A stretch of DNA of 64,000 nucleotides from the IMG/VR virus record IMGVR_UViG_3300027702_000001; one strand, written 5' to 3'. The notes below the pieces were generated by a model. That model ran no database searches, was not told the origin of the DNA, and saw only the letters and a list, made by a program, of their open reading frames with translations. The translations under genes and the position numbers were made by a program. Positions 6,828-14,225 of this stretch are shown here, in pieces; within the stretch, counting starts at the first letter, position 1, and the number at the start of each line of letters is the position of its first letter. Source of the DNA: a virus.

Positions 6828-7274
6828 TTACATCTCATACTTTTTAGGATCAGTTTCGGTAGTTATTTTCAAAGGTGCTTGTTCGACACGAATGACTTGT
6901 GCTGGTGCAGTTTGTGATGCTGCAGCAATCAGTCTTTCCATATCTGCCTTTGTTATCCCATTGCCACCACCGTTAGCAGCACCATTACCATTGTTCTTTT
7001 TGGCGGTTTGGACCCCGAAAGTCGCTAAAACCCCAGTGAAGACGCTGGCTATGAAAGTTGGATCGAGATCCTGTTCGGGAAAGTTGAGTGCCTTAGGCAG
7101 GTCAACGTACGCTAAAGTGAGGATACCACCAGACCAAACAAGAATACCAAGTCTCACGAAAGTAGATAGAATCGCGAGTTGTTCTTCCTTATCTTCTGAT
7201 GCCTCCTTTAGGCGACCAAAAAAACCTTTTGGTTTCTCTGGTTGTTTTTTCTTTTCTTCTTCTGCCATAGTCAC
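6828..7274 (-). CDS. Two-TM membrane protein, 148 aa
   Basis: Hydrophobic segments LAILSTFVRLGILVWSGGILTLAYV and TFIASVFTGVLATFGV, with a charged N-terminus. Confidence 0.85.
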   Translation of the reverse strand: MTMAEEEKKKQPEKPKGFFGRLKEASEDKEEQLAILSTFVRLGILVWSGGILTLAYVDLPKALNFPEQDLDPTFIASVFTGVLATFGVQTAKKNNGNGAANGGGNGITKADMERLIAAASQTAPAQVIRVEQAPLKITTETDPKKYEM

Positions 7275-7296
7275 TATGAAGGACTACTATATATAT

Positions 7297-7719
7297 CTAC
7301 TCTGCGACCTGACGTTTCTTACCGATATTATATTTAGACTCTAAAATCCAGTCACCCTTGTCCTTGTAAGAGATAACCTTGATCTGATTCAATGGTGCAA
7401 GTTCACCAAGTTCTTCATCAACAACATCTACAAGTCCCCAGTCGGACAGTAGTTTAGTAATTCTGTTACGACGTTCTACATCGTTAGAAGTTAGGTTCGC
7501 GTGCTTTCCGTCCAACGCAAACAACTCTTTAAAGTGTACGATATAATACTTGCCCTTCTTATGAAGAATATGACAACTCTGAAATAATTTCTTTTCCTTT
7601 CTCGATGCTACACCGATTCTGGTAAGCGTCTCTCTAACTTTCAGAAAATCATCTGGTTGTTTAAGACTAACTTCGACCATAATATCGGGTGACCAAGAAA
7701 TCTCGATCTCACCTGCCAT
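7297..7719 (-). CDS. regA: Translational repressor RegA
   Basis: DDFLKVRETLTRIGVASRKEKKLFQSCHILHK..YYIVHFKELFALDGK; follows gp62 as in T4. Confidence 0.97.
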   Translation of the reverse strand: MAGEIEISWSPDIMVEVSLKQPDDFLKVRETLTRIGVASRKEKKLFQSCHILHKKGKYYIVHFKELFALDGKHANLTSNDVERRNRITKLLSDWGLVDVVDEELGELAPLNQIKVISYKDKGDWILESKYNIGKKRQVAE

Positions 7720-8119
7720 TGGTTTTACCTCCAGTATTCATTTTTAATTTAATCAATTCAATCTGATCGTTGGTCAGAATACGAAGTGCATCCCGTGCTT
7801 TTTCATCTGAATACTTAAAGTATTTTTTGATGAGGTCAAGATTATCAACCTTGTCCTTACGCTGCCAAGGAGAGAAACGACGTTTCTTTCTCAGACTATT
7901 TAGATAAAATGAATATTGAAGATCATTATCAAGTTGGTGAAACTCATTGAGAGCATTGGCATATAGCACAGTCTCTTTGAATCCACTAAAACATTTGTTG
8001 ACAATGTATGGAGGATACTTCCTCATCCAGTCTTCACCACGTTCACGAAGATCTTCTTTAGTGAAATTGATACTGTTTAAGTAATCAGTTAAAGGGTAAT
8101 CCTTGTGGTGCTTTGACAT
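7709..8119 (-). CDS. gp62: Clamp loader small subunit
   Basis: DYLNSIN..K, YPPYIVNKCFS, QYSFYLNSLRKKRRFSPW; lies before regA. Confidence 0.92.
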   Translation of the reverse strand: MSKHHKDYPLTDYLNSINFTKEDLRERGEDWMRKYPPYIVNKCFSGFKETVLYANALNEFHQLDNDLQYSFYLNSLRKKRRFSPWQRKDKVDNLDLIKKYFKYSDEKARDALRILTNDQIELIKLKMNTGGKTNGR

Positions 8120-8924
8120 AGTTGGTGATGAGAAGTTCTTTACGTTTTGATTGTGCAGCGTTGTAACCGCCTGTAGATCTCATTGTATATGTGAGATCCC
8201 ATTCTGTCTGTTTGTGATTTGGAAACAGACCACGAGTATTTTCATTTGAATTATAGGTGATCATCCATTTGCAGGTAGACTCATTACATACACTTGCAAA
8301 CCTTTGATGATCAAATCCTTTGTGCATAGAACCTTTAGTTCCATACAGGAAATCTTTGATGTCGTATGGAGGATCTAGGAAACAGAATACATCCTTATCA
8401 TCAGTCATCAATTCTGAATAGTCATCGTTAGTGATTTCCCAGTGCTCAATGATCTGACCATAGTGTGCAAGTTTCCTGATTCCTTTCTTACTGAAGTTTG
8501 ATACTGATGCCTGCTTAGAAAATGAACTGTTCTCTGTCAGTCCAGAGAATGAACACTTATTAAGAATGTAAAAGTAAACTGCCTGTTGAAACTCAGAGAC
8601 ATTTGCAATGTCTGCTTTACATTTCTGAAAGAGTTCTTTTGCTTTAACCTCATTGTCGTGATGATTCTTGATTGTCATCAGAGTATCACTCAATTCGTAT
8701 CCACGATCTTGAAGTTGTACCCAGAAGTTATACAAGTAAAAGTAAGTATCATTCACCCAGACAGGAGTGTCAGGATTCTCTTTTGAGAAATAGATTGCCA
8801 TAGAACCACCACCTAAGAATGGTTCACGAAACTCTTTCACATAATCAGGAAACTGTGGGTACAATTTTGCAGCAGCACGTGACTTCCCACCAGGATAGCG
8901 GAGGGGAGTTTTGTAGGATTTCAT
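8085..8924 (-). CDS. dam: DNA adenine methyltransferase (Dam/D12 class)
   Basis: TPLRYPGGKS, EFREPFLGGGS (SAM motif) and FLDPPY (catalytic motif). ATG 8924 is chosen because it sits just after the upstream stop. Confidence 0.92.
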   Translation of the reverse strand: MKSYKTPLRYPGGKSRAAAKLYPQFPDYVKEFREPFLGGGSMAIYFSKENPDTPVWVNDTYFYLYNFWVQLQDRGYELSDTLMTIKNHHDNEVKAKELFQKCKADIANVSEFQQAVYFYILNKCSFSGLTENSSFSKQASVSNFSKKGIRKLAHYGQIIEHWEITNDDYSELMTDDKDVFCFLDPPYDIKDFLYGTKGSMHKGFDHQRFASVCNESTCKWMITYNSNENTRGLFPNHKQTEWDLTYTMRSTGGYNAAQSKRKELLITNYVKAPQGLPFN

Positions 8925-8925
8925 C

Positions 8926-9099
8926 TCACTGTACTGAAAAGTCATACTCAATAGTAATTACCTTACACGATTCACCCATAGAATTCACTCTGGTTGATGT
9001 ATGCATTATACCACCGATTCTATCTGAAGCATACTTAATGTCAGCAATAATTTCTTTTTCCAAATCCTCGTAAGGATCGTAGTGCTTGTCAATTCTCAT
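8926..9099 (-). CDS. Hypothetical protein, 57 aa
   Basis: MRIDKHYDPYEDLEKEII...; fills the operon gap. Confidence 0.65.
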   Translation of the reverse strand: MRIDKHYDPYEDLEKEIIADIKYASDRIGGIMHTSTRVNSMGESCKVITIEYDFSVQ

Positions 9100-9739
9100 T
9101 AGGGTTTGGTTGCATAACAGGATCATCTTGAACCAACTTGATGTTGGTCATATTTTGTCCAAAGGGTCCGAAGTTAATAGGACCAGTTGGAAGTGCATTC
9201 CACGCAATATTTGCACGGAACATATCACCCACGTGAGGTGTTGAAAAATGAATTAACCAACTTGGCCAGACTACCAGTGTCCCAGGACGCCACTCAGGGG
9301 CGCTACAAGCGTTCTTATATGCTGAGGATACTACTTCCATCTGATTGTAAGAACGGACCCAACAGGGGTCTTGGAACTGCGTTGGGTGACCTTCAGTTAA
9401 ATTGAAGATACCTGACCAGTATGAAAGAGGGTGTCTGTGTGGTTGATGCATCCCTTCAGAGTGTGGCATCGATACGTTGCCCCACATCATAGAGATTTCA
9501 AACTTACCCCACATCTCAAACTCTTGATCAACCTTAATCTCTTCTAGACATTCTTCGATCCAAGTTGTAAGTGGTCGAAATGCAGGAAGGTTTTGAAGGT
9601 TACCTTTAGTAGACTGTACAGGGTGTGGGAAGTTAAACATACCACGTTCAATAGGATCAAGAGCATCCAAGATAGGATCTACAAGATCGGGTCTTTCAAA
9701 GGTAAAGATCTCGATAGGAAAGATCTCGTGTTTTTTCAT
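9089..9739 (-). CDS. Putative 2OG-Fe(II) oxygenase-like protein (TIGR02466-type)
   Basis: N-terminal IFP, HQPHRHPLSYWSG (HxH), LVVWPSWLIH and RANIAWN. Confidence 0.85.
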   Translation of the reverse strand: MKKHEIFPIEIFTFERPDLVDPILDALDPIERGMFNFPHPVQSTKGNLQNLPAFRPLTTWIEECLEEIKVDQEFEMWGKFEISMMWGNVSMPHSEGMHQPHRHPLSYWSGIFNLTEGHPTQFQDPCWVRSYNQMEVVSSAYKNACSAPEWRPGTLVVWPSWLIHFSTPHVGDMFRANIAWNALPTGPINFGPFGQNMTNIKLVQDDPVMQPNPNEN

Positions 9740-9819
9740 TTCTTGAATACTCCAAGTCTAGCGAACAGATAGACTGTAAGTGTAGTCCAGAAGACAATTT
9801 CTAATCCAATGTGATTCAT
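9736..9819 (-). CDS. 27-aa single-TM micropeptide (absent from ORF track)
   Basis: MNHIGLEIVFWTTLTVYLFARLGVFKK*, with ATGA overlaps at both ends. Confidence 0.7.
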   Translation of the reverse strand: MNHIGLEIVFWTTLTVYLFARLGVFKK

Positions 9820-10415
9820 TTTTTCCAAGTAAACATAGAATCATATGTTGCCATATGACTGTTGATGTCATTTATATCTCTAAACTCTGCCACACCAACA
9901 TTAACTGGTTCAGCATTGTAATCGTGTCCAATGATTAGACCACCCTTTTTAATTTTAGGATACCAATCATTTAGTTCACGTTTTACTTGTTCGTAATCCA
10001 ACCAAGCATCAAAGAAAATAAAATCGAATGTCTCATCGTCACAATCATCGTGAAGGGAATCTGTATTACCTTTCCAAAGTTCTGAACGATGCTGCTCACC
10101 AGACCACTTGATGTGATGCTTGGCGATCCATTCGTGCGACTCCATCTGTGCAGGAGAAGTAGAGTTCAAAGGACCATCACCTTCTGGATTCATCCAGTCA
10201 GTGTATGGTTCCCAGTTATCAATACCATACAACTTCTTTACGTTAGGACAGTTCTGCAAAATAGTCAGGTGACTTTCTGCACGAAAGACCCCAAGTTCTA
10301 GACCAATAAGTCCTTTACCGTGGAGTCCAATCAGCAAGATTGCTGATCTAATATCTGTCAGAGCATCTACAAAGTTATATGCTTTGGGGTATTTCAATTT
10401 CATTTGAACTGACAC
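9816..10415 (-). CDS. Class I SAM-dependent methyltransferase (Methyltransf_24-like)
   Basis: GLELGVFRAES, LYGIDNW, FDFIFFDA..DYEQVKREL..WYPKIKKGGLIIGHDY. Confidence 0.88.
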   Translation of the reverse strand: MSVQMKLKYPKAYNFVDALTDIRSAILLIGLHGKGLIGLELGVFRAESHLTILQNCPNVKKLYGIDNWEPYTDWMNPEGDGPLNSTSPAQMESHEWIAKHHIKWSGEQHRSELWKGNTDSLHDDCDDETFDFIFFDAWLDYEQVKRELNDWYPKIKKGGLIIGHDYNAEPVNVGVAEFRDINDINSHMATYDSMFTWKK

Positions 10416-11341
10416 CTCATCATAAGTTCAGTAAGGAAAGCAACCAAGTTAATCTCTTGGTCAGCAACGAACGCTGCCTTGTATTGATACTCACCAATCA
10501 GAAGCACTGCCTCAGGAATAGATTGTGGTGACAGATATGTATAGAGACTGTCGTAAACATTCCTGATGATCTGTGTAGGTTCATTGTCCAGATTCTGAAC
10601 AACCCACTTCTTCATCTTAGTAAACTCTTTGTCCTTGAGAAACTTTACTAGGTCGTCAAGTTTAGTATCAGATACAGCAGCAAGAACACCAGTGTCAATC
10701 TTACCAATGGAAGAATAACGTTGGAGTTCATTTAGTGTACGTCTGAAGTCAGGGAAATATTTCTGTACTAGCGCCGCCAGAACGCGAGGTTCAGCAGAGA
10801 CTTTCTGCTCTTCAAGGATGGACTGGACACGCTTGAAAAACTCTGCTGCGAGTTGTTGCTTTTGTTTGCCTGTGATCCCGAAGTCAACAACTGAGCAGCG
10901 AGAATGGAGGGGGGCAATGATTTTGTTTTTGTAGTTGCAGGTGAAGATGAATCTGCAGTTGCCACTAAACTCCTCAATACTTGCCCGTAGGAGGAGTTGA
11001 ACATCATTGGTTGTGTTATCTGCTTCGTCAATGATGATGACTTTGTGTTTAGAAGTTGAAGTAAGCGATACGGTCGAAGCGAAGTTCTTCGCATTGTTTC
11101 TGACTGTATCGAGAAAGCGTCCTTCGTCTGATCCGTTGATGACATAGTAGTCTGCCTCTAGTTGTTCACATAATGCTTTTGCTACTGTAGTCTTGCCAAT
11201 ACCAGGAGGTCCAGACAGTAGCAGGTTAGGGATCTCACCTTGCTCTACAAACTTGTTTAGTACACTCTTGATATTCTCGGGCAGGATACAATCGTCGATC
11301 TTACGAGGACGATATTGTTCACACCAAAGAAAATCACTCAT
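10400..11341 (-). CDS. gp44: Clamp loader large subunit (AAA+)
   Basis: LWCEQYRP, GPPGIGKT (Walker A), IIIDEAD (Walker B) and SRC. Confidence 0.97.
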   Translation of the reverse strand: MSDFLWCEQYRPRKIDDCILPENIKSVLNKFVEQGEIPNLLLSGPPGIGKTTVAKALCEQLEADYYVINGSDEGRFLDTVRNNAKNFASTVSLTSTSKHKVIIIDEADNTTNDVQLLLRASIEEFSGNCRFIFTCNYKNKIIAPLHSRCSVVDFGITGKQKQQLAAEFFKRVQSILEEQKVSAEPRVLAALVQKYFPDFRRTLNELQRYSSIGKIDTGVLAAVSDTKLDDLVKFLKDKEFTKMKKWVVQNLDNEPTQIIRNVYDSLYTYLSPQSIPEAVLLIGEYQYKAAFVADQEINLVAFLTELMMRCQFK

Positions 11342-11910
11342 AATGAAATAGTCTCTCCTGAGAGATGTAAGTTGAAAGAAAATATAATCTTATCTTCAGC
11401 AGCACGATGTGGTTGTGACTGGTGGATAAGATAGGATGGGAAGAAAATTATATCACCTTCCCTACATTCTGGTTCAATCGATTCGATTTGTCCAGTCCAC
11501 GGATCAATCAACGGTGAGAAGAATGATGTGGGTTTATGTGCTCTACCCAGTTGTGCATAGAATACTGAAGAGTATCCAACTGCACCGTGATTGTGTGCAG
11601 CGTGACAAGTGTTAGCGGGATACTTTTGGCACCACGCATTTGACACAAATGCTCCAGGGTTCATACTAGCAAACTCTTGGAGAGGTTCGTGCAAGATTGT
11701 CATCAACTCATCATAGTATTCTGGGTTGCGTCCTGCAGCATAATACTTGTGGAAATCGCTATACCCACCATTGAGATAATCATCTTGCATCAAATCCTGA
11801 CACTCTGGATCGTTCCAGTTAATCTTGTTCAAGAAATGCATCTTGATAACTTCCCAGTCTTTTACTGAGTGGATATAAACTGGAACTGAGAAGAGGTCAG
11901 TTTGCTTCAT
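11338..11910 (-). CDS. Putative 2OG-Fe(II) oxygenase-like protein (TIGR02466-type)
   Basis: DLFSVPV, SNAWCQKY, HAAHNHG.VGYSSVFY, EGDIIFFPSYLIH. Confidence 0.85.
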   Translation of the reverse strand: MKQTDLFSVPVYIHSVKDWEVIKMHFLNKINWNDPECQDLMQDDYLNGGYSDFHKYYAAGRNPEYYDELMTILHEPLQEFASMNPGAFVSNAWCQKYPANTCHAAHNHGAVGYSSVFYAQLGRAHKPTSFFSPLIDPWTGQIESIEPECREGDIIFFPSYLIHQSQPHRAAEDKIIFSFNLHLSGETISL

Positions 11911-12590
11911 TTGCCTTTGGGTTCTAGAGCGATGTAGTATTCAAGATCTGTACTGGTTGATTGGAAGTGACCGATCTTGTTCTTAGCAATACGGACTTTG
12001 TAATCACCAGGGAGAAGACGAAGGTTCTCTACTTTAAAACAATAGCAGAACTCATCCTCAGGAGAAGAGAGAACACCAACTGGAACACTGAATGTGTTAC
12101 TGGTTTCATTCTTCTTATCACAAACCATCAAGTTGATGTTACCACCACCATTGTACAGACATAGGTCAGGTACTTGGTAAACGGAAGCAGCACGGAGAAG
12201 GTCAGCAAGAGTATCAGTGCGAAGATTAAATTCTACATCTACCCCAGGGATGTCCAACTCTTTGGACGGTGGTTTCGTGATGATGTCTGGGTCACTGTAG
12301 TAGTATTGTGTCTTTGCTTGGTGGACTTCATCTTTGATCTCAAGTTTCTGAGGATCACTGAAGTCAAAAATTGGGTTCTCAAACAACGAGAGACCAGAGA
12401 GGAAAAGACCCAAGTCATAAATCGGGACTTGCTGAGGGAACTTTTCAGTAACTTCGACAGAAGCATAAATGTTGCGATTGACAGAGATCGTACGGATCCT
12501 ACTGCCAGGATCGATAACGATCGACTTATTGATAGTAGCAAAGTTTTTTAGAATCGATTGTGTTTTTTTAGAAATCTTGACTGTGCTCAT
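11907..12590 (-). CDS. gp45: Sliding clamp
   Basis: ILKNFATINKSI, PIYDLGLFLS, FKVENLRLLPGDY and YYIALE. Confidence 0.96.
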   Translation of the reverse strand: MSTVKISKKTQSILKNFATINKSIVIDPGSRIRTISVNRNIYASVEVTEKFPQQVPIYDLGLFLSGLSLFENPIFDFSDPQKLEIKDEVHQAKTQYYYSDPDIITKPPSKELDIPGVDVEFNLRTDTLADLLRAASVYQVPDLCLYNGGGNINLMVCDKKNETSNTFSVPVGVLSSPEDEFCYCFKVENLRLLPGDYKVRIAKNKIGHFQSTSTDLEYYIALEPKGK

Positions 12591-12874
12591 TGAGGATAGG
12601 ATTCAGTAATTTGGTTCTTGTTAGAGAAATGGAATAGAAGGACTGCGTAATGCATCACCTTTAAGAGATCCATTTTAGAGGATCCCTTCTTATCATAACG
12701 AGAGGCATACTTTAGAATGTTACTTCTACAGAATGCCTCAGCATCACCACACGCTTCAATTAGATCTAGAGTTTGAATCTGATCATTACCTGCTGAATAG
12801 TGACCTTGGTATGTTCCGATGATGTAGTCTTTCAATTGTTGAAGAGTTTCCTCTTCTTCATACTTACACGACAT
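12587..12874 (-). CDS. Conserved phage protein (DUF3310-like), 95 aa
   Basis: TY.GHYS, QTLDLI, FCRSNILKYASRYDKKG. Confidence 0.75.
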   Translation of the reverse strand: MSCKYEEEETLQQLKDYIIGTYQGHYSAGNDQIQTLDLIEACGDAEAFCRSNILKYASRYDKKGSSKMDLLKVMHYAVLLFHFSNKNQITESYPQ

Positions 12875-13028
12875 AACCGTATTGTTCTCGAAGGATTTTT
12901 TTGTAAGGTTTCCCTAGTGCCTTTAGTTCAGTAACAAGTTTGAGTTTGTTATGAAGGGCAGTGTCGCCACCCAGTTTAAGGGCAGCGACAATAGTGAGGA
13001 GTTCCTCGTCGTTAATAGGGAGATCCAT
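12864..13028 (-). CDS. Hypothetical protein, 54 aa (absent from ORF track)
   Basis: Hand translation MDLPINDEELLTIVAALKLGGDTALHNKLKLVTELKALGKPYKKILREQYGYVV* fills the gap between cobS and the DUF3310-like gene. Confidence 0.65.
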   Translation of the reverse strand: MDLPINDEELLTIVAALKLGGDTALHNKLKLVTELKALGKPYKKILREQYGYVV

Positions 13029-13054
13029 AGGATGCTTTTAGTTTATCAGAGTTA

Positions 13055-14146
13055 TCACCCTAAGTCAACATCGTTTCCATTTAGAGGAACAACTTTGTCA
13101 CCTTCGGGTGCGAAGTCCGCGTCAATCTTATCATACAGTTCGAAGAATGCTTGCTTAGTCTCATCATCAAACCTGTTGATGCTGTACTTGATTGCATCTT
13201 CTTTGGAACCGAAGATGTTGAATGCCTTGGCAATGTGAACCAACCGACGAGTAGAGATCAACTCATCGATACCGCCTTCAGCAAATGTTCTACGGATGAT
13301 AGATGCCCAGTCAGCAAGACGCTTACAGAAGTCATCATCAGAGCAGATTGCTTTGAGGATTTTGGTTTCAGTTACCACTGTTGGGTAATCTTGTTCAAGG
13401 GTAATAGCGAAACGCTCTAGGAATGCTTCATTGAGAACATTTGTTCCAACAAAGCGACCGTCATCGCTGCCTTTACCTTTAGTATTTGCAGTTGCAATAA
13501 CATTGAATCCTGGGGATGGTTGTACATAACGTCCAATCTTCTTAAGGAATACTCCTTTACCTTCCAGTACAGATTGAAGACATAGAATCTTGTTCGATGC
13601 AAGGTCAACCTCATCTAGAAGAAGGACAGTTCCTTTCTCCAGAGCATCGACGACTGGTCCGTTGTGCCAAACAGTATTACCATCAACAAGACGAAACCCA
13701 CCAATAAGATCATCTTCGTCTGTTTCAATAGTGATATTTACGCGAATCAACTCTCTATTTAGAGATGCACACGCTTGCTCTACACCTAGAGTCTTACCGT
13801 TTCCTGACAAACCTTGGATGTAAGTAGGATAGAATGCTTTACTCTTGATAACTTTCTTGATTGTGGAGTAGTTACCGAAAGGAATGAAGTTAGGATCTAC
13901 TGCAGGAACAAGAGATACTGATGGTGCAACTGCTGCTTCGAGTTGCTTACGTGCTTCAGTAACTGTGAGTTGCCACTTGTTGTAACCTGCTTTGTACTGC
14001 TTCATACGTTTCTTGACAGTAGCAAGAGAACATCCGAAGTGGTCAGATGCTGCGAGAAGATTAGGAACAGAAACTTCTGGTCCGAAGTTCTCTACAAGAT
14101 AGTTGAAGAAATCTTCTGTTGTGTGTGGAATAGGATCGAAAGGCAT
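13055..14146 (-). CDS. cobS: CobS-like / MoxR-type AAA+ ATPase
   Basis: GLSGNGKT (Walker A), LLLDEVD (Walker B), ATANTKG, NEAFLERF and ISTRRL. Confidence 0.9.
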   Translation of the reverse strand: MPFDPIPHTTEDFFNYLVENFGPEVSVPNLLAASDHFGCSLATVKKRMKQYKAGYNKWQLTVTEARKQLEAAVAPSVSLVPAVDPNFIPFGNYSTIKKVIKSKAFYPTYIQGLSGNGKTLGVEQACASLNRELIRVNITIETDEDDLIGGFRLVDGNTVWHNGPVVDALEKGTVLLLDEVDLASNKILCLQSVLEGKGVFLKKIGRYVQPSPGFNVIATANTKGKGSDDGRFVGTNVLNEAFLERFAITLEQDYPTVVTETKILKAICSDDDFCKRLADWASIIRRTFAEGGIDELISTRRLVHIAKAFNIFGSKEDAIKYSINRFDDETKQAFFELYDKIDADFAPEGDKVVPLNGNDVDLG

Positions 14147-14181
14147 TTGTTTAGTGTGTTTGATTTGTTTGCTATGAATTA

Positions 14182-14224
14182 AGTATAGGGCATCTGTGGC
14201 ACAGATGCTATGGACAGTGTGCCA
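14182..14224 (-). promoter_or_regulatory. Putative phage promoter: TGGCACAC box, inverted repeat, TATACT
   Basis: Minus strand reads TGGCACAC-29 nt-TATACT. The spacer holds the perfect inverted repeat GCATCTGT-3-ACAGATGC (14190-14208). There is no canonical -35. Confidence 0.6.
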
Positions 14225-14225
14225 C

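Noticed and set aside
6820-7344. 174-aa plus-strand ORF
   Set aside because: It is exactly antisense to the well-formed two-TM gene and the regA end, with no promoter, SD or protein-like motifs.
13055-14146. A cobalamin biosynthesis pathway
   Set aside because: No other cob genes are in the window, and the partner has a peptidase plus vWA architecture.
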